In this document: positions 39,785 through 49,509 of the stretch, one piece after another
Layout of the letters: each line of letters begins with the position of its first letter
Numbering within the stretch: the stretch's first letter is position 1
NCBI GenBank assembly: GCA_963674595.2
Contig: CAXXFV010000036.1
Span: forward strand, 1 to 64,000
Source: a bacterium
Lineage (GTDB): Bacteria; Zhuqueibacterota; Zhuqueibacteria; Residuimicrobiales; Krinioviventaceae
Direction: 5' to 3'
DNA: 64,000 bases
Notes under the pieces: generated by a model
What the model saw: only the letters and a program-made list of their open reading frames with translations
Told to the model about the DNA's origin: nothing
Database searches by the model: none
Made by a program: the position numbers and the translations under genes

Positions 39785-41578
39785 ATGAAAAAAGCAAAAA
39801 TTTTTATTTTATGTACATGCGTTTTTGCATTATCAGCATTTTTAGCATGTGATAACGGGGATGAACTGTTATCTTCAGATAATCAGAACAGTTCCGGGGA
39901 TGTCGCTGCGGATAACAGGGATGATTATACTTTTACTGTTGATGATGTTCTTGCAAATAACTGTGATAATCATGAAGAGTCAAGCGATTATACCTGGAAC
40001 AACTCTCAAGTTATAAATATCGTATTAAATGATAATGGAATTGTTGTTAATGGCAGCGGTACAACAATTAACGGAAGTAAATTAACAATTACGACCGGCG
40101 GCACCTATAGCCTAAATGGAACTCTTTCAGACGGACAAATCGTAGTCGATTCGGATGATAATAATATTGTAAGGCTTGTTTTAAACGGAATAGACATAAC
40201 CAATTCCACAAGCGCACCGTTTTATATCAAAAATTCAAAAAAGACTGTAATTGTTCTTAATGATAATACCGAAAATAAGGTTACCGACAAAGCTTCTTAT
40301 GTTTATGAAGATACCGCAGAAGAAGAGCCGAATGCAACAATATTTAGTAAAGATGATCTTTCGATATATGGGAACGGAAAATTGGTCATCGATGCTAATT
40401 TTAATGATGGAATTTCCTGTAAAGATGGTATTGTTATTGCCGGCGGTAATATTGAGATAGATGCTGTTGACGATGGAATAAGAGGAAAGGATTATCTGGT
40501 CGTTAAGGATGGGGATATTTCTATAAATTGTTCCGGGGATGGATTAAAATCAGATAATGATGCGGACAGCGCAAAAGGATATGTTTACATTGAGAACGGT
40601 AATTTTGATATAAATTCCGGTGCGGATGCTATTTCCGGTCAATCAGATGTTTTGATCTCTCATGGTACGTTTGATCTGACGTCCGGAAAGGGCAGCAGTG
40701 GTTATTCTTCGGGATCCGTCTCTACCAAAGGAATCAAGGCCGGTACCAGTTTGATTATTGACAATGGCGAGCTGACTATTAATTCGAGTGATGATGCCGT
40801 GCATTCAAATGGAAACCTTGTCATAAACGGAGGTGATATTACCATCTCTTCCGGTGATGACGGTTTACATGCGGATTCTTATTTAGGGGTTAATGGGGGA
40901 GATGTTAATATCCAAAAATCCTATGAGGGCATTGAAAGCCGCATAGCAATATCACTCAATGGCGGTAATATTTTTGTGACATCAAGTGATGATGGAATTA
41001 ATGCTGCCGGTGGTGGCGGCTCTGAAGGTGGATGGGGTGGTCCGGGAGGTGGTAGTACCGGCAGTGGTAATTATTATCTTTACATTAATGGCGGATATAT
41101 TGTGACAAATGCAGTGGGGGATGGTTTTGATATAAACGGATCAATTTTAATGACTGGTGGAGAGGTTATTGTTAATGGTCCTACGTCTAATGCCAATGGC
41201 GCTATAGATTATGACAGGGCTTTTAAAATAACTGACGGATTGTTTATCGCAGCCGGAAGCGCAGGTATGGCCCAGGCACCTGGTACAGCCTCCACACAAT
41301 ATTCTGTTTTAATAAATTTCAGCTCAACTTTCAAGGCTGGTACGTTAATAAATGTACAATCCAGCAGCGGTGAGGAGATTTTAACCTTTTCACCTTTAAA
41401 AACTTTCCGATCACTGGCTTTTTCTTCATCTAAACTCAAATCAGGTTCTACATACAATATTTATTATGGTGGAAGTTCTACCGGTACTGTTAACAACGGG
41501 CTTTATGAGAACGGCACCTATACCCCCGGAACCAAATATGGCAGTTTTACCATTTCGAGTGTCGTGACAAAAATTTAA
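39785..41578 (+). CDS. Cthe_2159/DUF4353-like beta-helix carbohydrate-binding lipoprotein
   Basis: GGAGG RBS and ATG at 39785, lipobox FLAC, repeated I.GG.I.I...DDG(I/L) coils, GDG.D.NG and NGA.DYD motifs. Confidence 0.88.
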   Translation: MKKAKIFILCTCVFALSAFLACDNGDELLSSDNQNSSGDVAADNRDDYTFTVDDVLANNCDNHEESSDYTWNNSQVINIVLNDNGIVVNGSGTTINGSKLTITTGGTYSLNGTLSDGQIVVDSDDNNIVRLVLNGIDITNSTSAPFYIKNSKKTVIVLNDNTENKVTDKASYVYEDTAEEEPNATIFSKDDLSIYGNGKLVIDANFNDGISCKDGIVIAGGNIEIDAVDDGIRGKDYLVVKDGDISINCSGDGLKSDNDADSAKGYVYIENGNFDINSGADAISGQSDVLISHGTFDLTSGKGSSGYSSGSVSTKGIKAGTSLIIDNGELTINSSDDAVHSNGNLVINGGDITISSGDDGLHADSYLGVNGGDVNIQKSYEGIESRIAISLNGGNIFVTSSDDGINAAGGGGSEGGWGGPGGGSTGSGNYYLYINGGYIVTNAVGDGFDINGSILMTGGEVIVNGPTSNANGAIDYDRAFKITDGLFIAAGSAGMAQAPGTASTQYSVLINFSSTFKAGTLINVQSSSGEEILTFSPLKTFRSLAFSSSKLKSGSTYNIYYGGSSTGTVNNGLYENGTYTPGTKYGSFTISSVVTKI

Positions 41579-41749
41579 ATATAGTATGTTATTTTATTTT
41601 CGAATTACGACGAATTATCGCAAAAATTAATTATAAGCGTTTTGTGACTATATACTAGAACATTTTACATAATAAATATACTAAATCAATGTTAAGAATT
41701 TATTAACTGAAAATGAATTTTTGGTTATAAAACAAAAAAAAGGAATTTT

Positions 41750-42427
41750 ATGCAAACCCTTTTAAACTATGGTTTTGAACAGATTGAGTGGCAAGTGGCT
41801 CTGTTGTCCTTTTTGCTTGCGTTTATCCTCTCCAGTGTTATTGCCATGATCTATGAGCGAACTTTTCAGGGATTGTCCTATTCCCGCGGACTGGTGCAAA
41901 GTATGGTTCTGGGCAGTATTGTTTCGTGCCTGCTTATGATAGCTATTGGAGATAATATTGCCAGAGGTATTGGTATTGTCGGTTCTTTGGCTATCATTCG
42001 TTTTCGAACCAATCTTCGTGATCCCCGTGATTTGGTTTTTCTTTTTATTTCACTTGGAATTGGCGTTGCCTGTGGTGTGCAAAGTTATATGACGGCTTTT
42101 ATCGGGACATTCGTTTATAGCCTGGTCGTTTTTGCTTTTTACATTTCGCCATTTGGCAACCGTAGAAAACATGATGGTTTGGTCCGGTTTCAAATTCCAC
42201 CGGGACCTCATGCCGTATCAGAAATCTCACATATTATGCAGAATTATACCAAAAATTTTGTGCTTGTAACCATGCGAAATGTTGCACAGGGACAAATTGT
42301 TGATTTTGCCTATCAGGTCAAGTTGTCCCAGCCAAATGACAATCAACGGTTGATTCAAAAACTGGAAACGGTTGATGGAATCAGGGGAATTACCTATACA
42401 AATCAGGAAGCGACGGTGGAGGTTTAA
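41750..42427 (+). CDS. DUF4956 membrane protein
   Basis: About four TMs, IGDNIARGIGIVGSLAIIRFRT...DPRD..F.F....G.A.G, and a C-terminal soluble domain. Confidence 0.88.
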   Translation: MQTLLNYGFEQIEWQVALLSFLLAFILSSVIAMIYERTFQGLSYSRGLVQSMVLGSIVSCLLMIAIGDNIARGIGIVGSLAIIRFRTNLRDPRDLVFLFISLGIGVACGVQSYMTAFIGTFVYSLVVFAFYISPFGNRRKHDGLVRFQIPPGPHAVSEISHIMQNYTKNFVLVTMRNVAQGQIVDFAYQVKLSQPNDNQRLIQKLETVDGIRGITYTNQEATVEV

Positions 42428-44515
42428 GTGAGTCTCAACATGTTTAAAAAATGGCCCCAAACTAACAAATTCAACATATTTACTGTTCTTTGGATTATTG
42501 TTTTTATAAGTATAATATATCTTTACCAAAACTGGCACATTGATAAAAAGTGTATCGGAATCGTTGAATCACGCTGTCATGTTATCGGCGCTCAGGAATC
42601 CGGAACAATTCAAAGCATGCTTACGGATGTGGGTGAGAGTGTTAAAAAAGGCCAGGTTTTGGCCATGCTTAATATTGCGGATTTGAGAATAAATCTCGAC
42701 CGGCTTGAAAAGGAACTGTCCGATATTCAGAGCATGGAAAGTTATCAACGAATTCGATATTCACTGATTGCACAAAAAATGGTGCTACAGTTAGAAAACG
42801 AGATGTCTGCATTAATTGAACGCCTGTCACTCATTGATTCAAAAAATACAGAAATCGAAGGATTGAATAATGAAATTAGCAGGTTGGAAAATGCTGAAAA
42901 AGCAGGTCTTGGCCATAGCCGGGATTTAGCGGATTTGATAATTCAACGCGATGCTTTGGTTAGTTATTTAAAAGAGCTGAATAAAGAATTAAAGTTAAAA
43001 GACAATAGTCTGGAACAGACAAGACTATCGCAACAAATTATTAAAGATGCCAATATTGACCATTTAACAAAAACTCTATTATTGGAACATTTTAAGTATA
43101 CGGAATCATTACAACGTGACATTTTCAATATTGAACAGCGGATTAACTTGAGAACGATTGTTTCTCCCTGTGACGGCTATATTACCAAAGTTTTGGCGCG
43201 GTCCGGAGATATAGTTGAAGCTTTTGCCCCTGTTTTAGCTGTTGAGGAACAAAAACCATTGTTTTTGGATGTTTATCTTCCTGAAAAATTTAATTCACAA
43301 CCCGCACCGGGAATGAAGTTTGATATTTTTTCTGCTCGTGGCAAAGAGTTTAATACCACAGGTATCGTAACCTTTATTCATCCTGGTTTTTCTCAGGCAT
43401 CCGAACGAGTGTCTTTCCGGCAGCAAATTTTTTGGGCACGAAAAATTAGAGTTGAATTGGCAAAGGACCATAGTTTAATTCCGGGAGAAGTTGTCACTGT
43501 TCACCTGAAAAAGAAAAACTGGCTGAATAGTAAATCGGCGAATGTTTACGCCGGCAATTTACAAATTGAAAATGAAGATTGTTTTAACCGTAATCCGCAA
43601 TTAGAGAAAATGCAGGTGCCGGCAACGCTGTTACAAGAGTCTCGTTTTGAACCGTCCGGAATTTGTTGGATTCCCGAAACGAACAGTTTTTTAATTGTAA
43701 GTGATGATACGGGTATTAAAGATTCCGTGAACGACCATGCGGCACGTTTATTTCTCATGGATGAAAAGGGACAGGTCAATGAAGAAACTGTTTCTGTAAT
43801 TGGAACCCGAACCGTAAATGACTTGGAAGCAATTGCACCTGTCGGCAATGGCGACTATTATCTTGTATCTTCTCAAAATATTAGTAAAAAGGGAAAAAGA
43901 CCGGCAAACCGGGAATTTATTTTAAAATTAAAAAAACAAAACGAAAACTATATCGTTCAGGACAGGGTCCGGTTTCTATCCTTGCTTTTACGTTCCTATT
44001 CTCAGGATCAATTAAAAGCCCTGGGTCTTGATCAGCTTGAAGAGGATGGGAAACCGGTTTTAAATATTGAAGGTGCGGCTTTTTATGAGAATGCATTATA
44101 TTTTGGATTAAAAGAGCCGGTCTCTCCCCAGGGAGCCATTATCTGGAAACTGGATGATGTGGATAGTATTTTTGGAAAAGAAAAGCTGGAACCGGGACAG
44201 TTGACGGTTTTTGGCTATGTCCAATTGCAACAGTTCAATGGCAACCACGCAAGCATTTCTGATTTATTGTTCGATAATGACGGTAAATTATGGGCTTTGT
44301 CAACTATTGCAAACGTGGATAAACAAAATCAAATGGGAGCTTTATATAGAATCGATCGTTTTACAGATGGCCGGCTCGATGCCAAACTGGTTTCAAGTTT
44401 TCCATGTATGAAACCGGAAGGGATATGTCTTTATGGTTCTGACCGGTTTATCCTTGTTTTTGATAATGATGCAGAATGTCCTGAATATTGTTATATCAAC
44501 AGGGAGGAGTTATGA
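42428..44515 (+). CDS. HlyD-family membrane fusion protein fused to a beta-propeller (DUF3616/phytase-like)
   Basis: TM anchor, lipoyl half-motifs (G.I......GE.VKKGQVLA and SPCDG.I......GD.V), long coiled coil, then EPSG/SDD/DLEAI/NIEG/KPEG/DND blades. Confidence 0.8.
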   Translation: MSLNMFKKWPQTNKFNIFTVLWIIVFISIIYLYQNWHIDKKCIGIVESRCHVIGAQESGTIQSMLTDVGESVKKGQVLAMLNIADLRINLDRLEKELSDIQSMESYQRIRYSLIAQKMVLQLENEMSALIERLSLIDSKNTEIEGLNNEISRLENAEKAGLGHSRDLADLIIQRDALVSYLKELNKELKLKDNSLEQTRLSQQIIKDANIDHLTKTLLLEHFKYTESLQRDIFNIEQRINLRTIVSPCDGYITKVLARSGDIVEAFAPVLAVEEQKPLFLDVYLPEKFNSQPAPGMKFDIFSARGKEFNTTGIVTFIHPGFSQASERVSFRQQIFWARKIRVELAKDHSLIPGEVVTVHLKKKNWLNSKSANVYAGNLQIENEDCFNRNPQLEKMQVPATLLQESRFEPSGICWIPETNSFLIVSDDTGIKDSVNDHAARLFLMDEKGQVNEETVSVIGTRTVNDLEAIAPVGNGDYYLVSSQNISKKGKRPANREFILKLKKQNENYIVQDRVRFLSLLLRSYSQDQLKALGLDQLEEDGKPVLNIEGAAFYENALYFGLKEPVSPQGAIIWKLDDVDSIFGKEKLEPGQLTVFGYVQLQQFNGNHASISDLLFDNDGKLWALSTIANVDKQNQMGALYRIDRFTDGRLDAKLVSSFPCMKPEGICLYGSDRFILVFDNDAECPEYCYINREEL

Positions 44516-45882
44516 GCTCTGCCCCGGATCGATTAATTAGCCGTATAAGAATGCCTAACATTACACTTTTTTTATGTATGTTTTCTGTAATGGGTTTTCA
44601 TACGGCGGGTTTTACAGCTCAGGATAGCACTTTGAATATAGCCCGGATTTCTGAAAAGGACTTTACTGATAATAATAACAATGGGCCGGACATTATAACA
44701 GAAGATCAAGTCATTAAACTGGTTCAGCAAAACAGCCGCCAGTTAAAATGCCTAACAACCAGGGACCAGGTTGAAGAGTTTCGTGTCAAATCAAGCGGTT
44801 GGTTCCAAAATCCTGAGTTGAGATTGAGTGAAGAATCTGATCGTTATATGTCAAATGATTATAAAGAATTGGAACTTGGTTTACGCTGGCGGCTGCCCAG
44901 ACCCGGAGAATTGGGTAAAGAAAAACAAAATGCACGGGTACGTTTATGGGAACAAAAAGTTGAAACGATCCGGCATCAGCAGCGAATCATTTTTAAGATT
45001 AGAAAAGAGTATGCAAATGTTTTGATGTATGACGCGATTGCCCAACTTGAAAAACAAAGATTGGACAAAGAAAAAGAAAGACTGGATATTATAGATAGTC
45101 TGGTAAAATTAGGACAGCGTACCATTGTCTATTCTATCAAGGCAAAAATTTGGGAAGCAGAATCAGAAAATGATTTTGTGTGTGTTAAAAATAACCAGGG
45201 ACTGGCCCGGAGAAAATTAGCCAATCAAACAGGTATTCCGGAAAACGCAATGCTTGCTCCTCAAAATATTCCGGAATACACGCCTGATGTTAACCAATTA
45301 ATCGAAATAGCATTTAATTATCGGCCGGAGATGGAACTTGTTGAACAGCGGATTGAACTGGCTAAACGGCAGAACAAATTTGAAAAGTTTAAATTAATTC
45401 CCTGGCCAACATTTATTGAATCATCCTATCACATTGAAGATAAACATGATAAAAACTGGAATGAATTCAGGATTGGTCTGAGTTTGCCGCTTTTTAACTG
45501 GAACCGTGGAAATATTAAGGCAACTAATTTATCTGTACAAAATAAAGAGTGTGAATATGAATCAATTCGTGAAACCATAAAAGATGATGTGCATTCCGCT
45601 TTTATTATTTACCAGGAACTGTTATCCGATTGGCAAAATTTCAAAAAAAGTTCTGATGAATTAATATCAAATGTTGAAAAGTTACTTGAACAAACTGAAA
45701 ATCATGAAACAATTATGCCTGATGAAATTTTGGAAATGGAATTGGCTGTAATCAAAACAAAAAAGTTGTTATGTGAAAAAAAATGCAATCTTTGTCACGC
45801 ATTATATGATTTGTATTATGCAATTGGGATTGGAAATGACGGCAATGTAAATAATGAATGGACACGTATAAATGCTCAATGA
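44512..45882 (+). CDS. TolC-family outer membrane efflux protein
   Basis: GGAGGAG RBS, NPEL, A...RPE and GLSLPLFNWNRGNI motifs, helical repeats. Confidence 0.85.
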   Translation: MSSAPDRLISRIRMPNITLFLCMFSVMGFHTAGFTAQDSTLNIARISEKDFTDNNNNGPDIITEDQVIKLVQQNSRQLKCLTTRDQVEEFRVKSSGWFQNPELRLSEESDRYMSNDYKELELGLRWRLPRPGELGKEKQNARVRLWEQKVETIRHQQRIIFKIRKEYANVLMYDAIAQLEKQRLDKEKERLDIIDSLVKLGQRTIVYSIKAKIWEAESENDFVCVKNNQGLARRKLANQTGIPENAMLAPQNIPEYTPDVNQLIEIAFNYRPEMELVEQRIELAKRQNKFEKFKLIPWPTFIESSYHIEDKHDKNWNEFRIGLSLPLFNWNRGNIKATNLSVQNKECEYESIRETIKDDVHSAFIIYQELLSDWQNFKKSSDELISNVEKLLEQTENHETIMPDEILEMELAVIKTKKLLCEKKCNLCHALYDLYYAIGIGNDGNVNNEWTRINAQ

Positions 45883-46645
45883 TGTGAATGATATAAAAAG
45901 ATATGAGCTCAAATATCTGATTTCGGAAGAACTTGCCTGGCAAATTCGCGATTATATTAAGAATATTTGCAGCTTGGACAAACATGTGCCACCGGGATTA
46001 AACGGTTATGTTGTTAATAATTTTTATTTTGATACCCCTGATCTAAAATTTTATTATGATACCAAATTTCGCAAATTAACACGCTATAAACCCCGTGCCC
46101 GATTTTATGGTGATCAGGCATCTGATTTTATATGGCTTGAAATTAAATACAGGAACTCGAGCATTATCTGGAAAAAACGTTTCCGTATTCCTGTTGATTT
46201 GTGGCCGAATCTTTTTACAGAACGAGAGTCAAATAATTATGAACCGGTTTGTAAAAACCAGATAGATGCTTTTAATGACCTGGTTTATTGGTACAATGCT
46301 CAACCGGTTTTACATGTTCGTTATTTTCGTGAGCCTTATGTAACTGAACTTGATGATTATGGCCGTGTTACGTTTGACCGCCGTTTGTGCTGTCGCTCCT
46401 TAAAAGGCTCCTGCGATTTAAAATATGATGAAAGTGATATGATATATTATGATGATCCTGTTACCAGTAAAAATTATGATTCGGTTGTTTTGCTGGAAAT
46501 AAAAGTAGAGACGTTAATACCTGCCTGGGCTATAGAGTTGATTCAAATGTTTAATTTAACGCAACGGTCCTATTCAAAATACTGTTATGGGATCGATTAT
46601 TTTATAAACTATAATGAAAATGGACGGATCGCAGTTTTGGCTTAG
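45872..46645 (+). CDS. VTC / polyphosphate-polymerase-domain protein (CYTH/TTM fold)
   Basis: RYELKY, YFDT, K.R.R.Y, LEIK, Y.REPY, RVTFD, LLEIK and SKY motifs. Confidence 0.9.
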   Translation: MLNDVNDIKRYELKYLISEELAWQIRDYIKNICSLDKHVPPGLNGYVVNNFYFDTPDLKFYYDTKFRKLTRYKPRARFYGDQASDFIWLEIKYRNSSIIWKKRFRIPVDLWPNLFTERESNNYEPVCKNQIDAFNDLVYWYNAQPVLHVRYFREPYVTELDDYGRVTFDRRLCCRSLKGSCDLKYDESDMIYYDDPVTSKNYDSVVLLEIKVETLIPAWAIELIQMFNLTQRSYSKYCYGIDYFINYNENGRIAVLA

Positions 46646-46917
46646 CCTGCCATACCAATTATTTGGATAAAATATTTTAATTACATTAAGATATTATGTT
46701 GGTTTTTCTTGCTTGAAATTTATGATTTTTATTTAAAAAAAAGATAAAATTCTTAAAAAAAACGCAAGATTTATCAATTTGGTCTGTTTAATAATTCAAT
46801 GCCTTAGCTAAATGAAACATGTCTAAAGGGATTGTCTTTATTTTTTTTAAGAGAAATAATCTATTTCTATGCTGTTAACTTTTTTCCAACCAAGGATTAA
46901 CAATAAGAGAGGAAATT

Positions 46918-48090
46918 ATGGCAATTATTACAAACAAATTTTATTCTCAAATGGACTCTGGTGATCTGTTAAATAAAGACCGGATGATGCCGGGAAATAC
47001 TAAATTGTCCGTGTCCCAACCCCAAAAAAACTTTTTCATGCAAACGACAAAACAGGGATTTGCAAGAATCCTTAAAACCCTGGCAGCCTTTTCTCTTATC
47101 TTTATTATGATAGCAGGATGTTCAGATGGTGACAATGATGATGATGACCTTGTTGGTAACTGGATAGAGTTGTCAGATTTTGAGGGTGTGCCCCGGTCGG
47201 ATGCTGTTGTTTTTACAATTGGTACAAAAGCCTATGTCGGCACCGGTTTTGATGGTGATGACCGGCTTACTGATTTTTGGGAATATGATTCTGAACTCAA
47301 TAATTGGACACAAAAAGAGGATTTTCCCGGAGTGGCCAGGAACGGTGCGGTTGGTTTTGGAGCGGCCGGTAAAGGATATATTGGTACCGGTTATGATGGC
47401 GCTGAACGGCTGAATGATTTTTATGAATTTGATCCCGATTCAAACACCTGGAAAAGAATTGCCGATTTTGGAGGAACTGCCAGATATGGGGCTGTTGCTT
47501 TTTCTATTGATGATAAAGGCTATGTTGGTACCGGAGATGACGGTAATTTTTTAAAGGACTTTTGGGAGTATGACCCTACCTCTGGTGAATGGACACAAAT
47601 TATCAGCCTAGGAGGAGGAAAACGTCGAGACGCTGTTGCATTTGTCATTGATCGCAAAGCCTATGTTTGTACCGGCATAAACAATGGTGTCTATGAAAAT
47701 GACTTTTGGGTTTTTGATCCTTCTACAAATGAATGGACTAAAAAACGCCCGATTTCAAATGCTTCTGATGATGACTATGATGACGATTATTCGGGAATTG
47801 TAGGCATAAATAAGGTTGCCTTTTCTGTAAACGGAAGAGGATACGTCGCTACAGGCGGTGCCGGAACAACAGGAGCAGTTGTATGGGAATATGTCCCGTC
47901 AACAGATTTATGGTACCAAAAAACATCTGTAGAGGCTACGGCACGGATCGAGGCTTTAGGCTTTGCAATAGGAGATTTGGGATACGTTACAACTGGAAGA
48001 AACTCTAGTTACTATTTTGATGATTTGTGGGGATTTAAGCCATATGACGAACAAAAAGACCTTGATAAAACATCTATTGTCGGTCCTTAA
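46918..48090 (+). CDS. Kelch-repeat lipoprotein
   Basis: Repeated R..AV.F....KGYVGTG...DFWEYD...W blades and lipobox IAGC. The true start may be later (e.g. ATG 47038). Confidence 0.88.
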   Translation: MAIITNKFYSQMDSGDLLNKDRMMPGNTKLSVSQPQKNFFMQTTKQGFARILKTLAAFSLIFIMIAGCSDGDNDDDDLVGNWIELSDFEGVPRSDAVVFTIGTKAYVGTGFDGDDRLTDFWEYDSELNNWTQKEDFPGVARNGAVGFGAAGKGYIGTGYDGAERLNDFYEFDPDSNTWKRIADFGGTARYGAVAFSIDDKGYVGTGDDGNFLKDFWEYDPTSGEWTQIISLGGGKRRDAVAFVIDRKAYVCTGINNGVYENDFWVFDPSTNEWTKKRPISNASDDDYDDDYSGIVGINKVAFSVNGRGYVATGGAGTTGAVVWEYVPSTDLWYQKTSVEATARIEALGFAIGDLGYVTTGRNSSYYFDDLWGFKPYDEQKDLDKTSIVGP

Positions 48091-48177
48091 TCGTAGATAA
48101 CATTTTACTCAACACGATTAATGCACAATAAAAGTATAAATTCTCGATGAATTTAAAGCATTTAACATGAGAGAAAT

Positions 48178-49497
48178 ATGGCCTATAACAGTACTGCACC
48201 GGGAAATAACTATAACAAATTAATTATATTGTTTTTATTTATATCCGGTCTGTTTCTAAAAGCTTGTGATCAAAATCCTACAGATATTACACTTGGCGAA
48301 GAATTTGTTGAAACTCAGTCAGACCTGGCTTTAATAGACACATTTTCAGTAAATCTTTCTACAATAATTTTTGATGATGTTGAAACATCCGGCACCTCAG
48401 AAATTTTAATCGGAAATTATCGTGATGATGTTGTGGGTAGAATAACAAGCCATAGTTATTTTGAACTGGGAATACCCAGTGTTGATGATATTTATAATGA
48501 TGACACCTATGATTCATTGAATTTGGTTATAACCTATAATGGGTATTCATTTGGTGATACAACCCAATATCAAAAAATTTCTGTTCATCAATTAACTGAA
48601 AATATCAAACTCGATGAGGATGAGATTATTACCAGTAATACTCAATTTAATTATAATCCTGCCCCGATCGGTTCTATTATTTATACTCCGGTCCCAAACG
48701 GAACGGTTGATACACTCGCTATCAAAATAAGTGATGAAATTGGTTTGGAATTGTTTGAAATGTTAAAAGATGATTCGGAAACGTTGACCGAAAATGAACT
48801 ATTTAAAAATTATTTTCATGGTTTGGCGTTGATTGCCGATGAAAATTATAATGGTGCTATTGTTGGATTTAATGCCAGTTCGGTTGATGCGAATCTTGTC
48901 TTGTATACGACAAGAACATCCCCAAGTTTAGAACGAATTAATTATAAATTTGGATTAAGCGACACAGACCAGCAATTTAATAATATTATCCATGATTTTA
49001 CATCAACTCAATTTAGTCTTTTAACAGAACAAAGAAACGAGTTACCATCTGTAAATAGCAATGGGATGTCTGTTTTGCAGGGCGGAATTGGTCTGGCAAT
49101 ACGGGTAGATTTTCCATACTTGAAAGAGATCTTGCTCAATGAGCATGGTTTTGTTATGAAAGCGGAACTTGCCATCAGTCCACTGCAAAACAGCTATAAC
49201 GATTCTGACCTTCCTTCAACATTAAATATCTGTGCTGTTGATAAGCAAAATGAAGAGATTACTGTTACTATTTCATCATCAACACTTTCAATTGATGAGC
49301 TTTACAATGAAGATACAGAATATATTTTCGATCTCACGGAATATTTAAATTATGATCTAAAGGACTCTTATATAAATCCGGAGAATGGATTTATTATAAC
49401 ACTGCCCTCTGAAAGCCAAATATCATCTTTTGAGCGGTTGATTGCAGATGCCAAAAATAACAAACCTAAACTTTTAATTTATTATTTATCTTATTGA
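48178..49497 (+). CDS. DUF4270-like lipoprotein
   Basis: Lipobox LKAC, IDTF, L.G.Y.D...G, YDSL, YF.GL, QGG.G and terminal KL.IYY motifs. Confidence 0.75.
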   Translation: MAYNSTAPGNNYNKLIILFLFISGLFLKACDQNPTDITLGEEFVETQSDLALIDTFSVNLSTIIFDDVETSGTSEILIGNYRDDVVGRITSHSYFELGIPSVDDIYNDDTYDSLNLVITYNGYSFGDTTQYQKISVHQLTENIKLDEDEIITSNTQFNYNPAPIGSIIYTPVPNGTVDTLAIKISDEIGLELFEMLKDDSETLTENELFKNYFHGLALIADENYNGAIVGFNASSVDANLVLYTTRTSPSLERINYKFGLSDTDQQFNNIIHDFTSTQFSLLTEQRNELPSVNSNGMSVLQGGIGLAIRVDFPYLKEILLNEHGFVMKAELAISPLQNSYNDSDLPSTLNICAVDKQNEEITVTISSSTLSIDELYNEDTEYIFDLTEYLNYDLKDSYINPENGFIITLPSESQISSFERLIADAKNNKPKLLIYYLSY

Positions 49498-49509
49498 GAT
49501 CTGTCCATT

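Noticed and set aside
47161-48030. Recurrent DNA similarity (GGTACCGG/GGCACCGG, GATTTTTGGGA)
   Set aside because: Explained by Kelch protein repeats.
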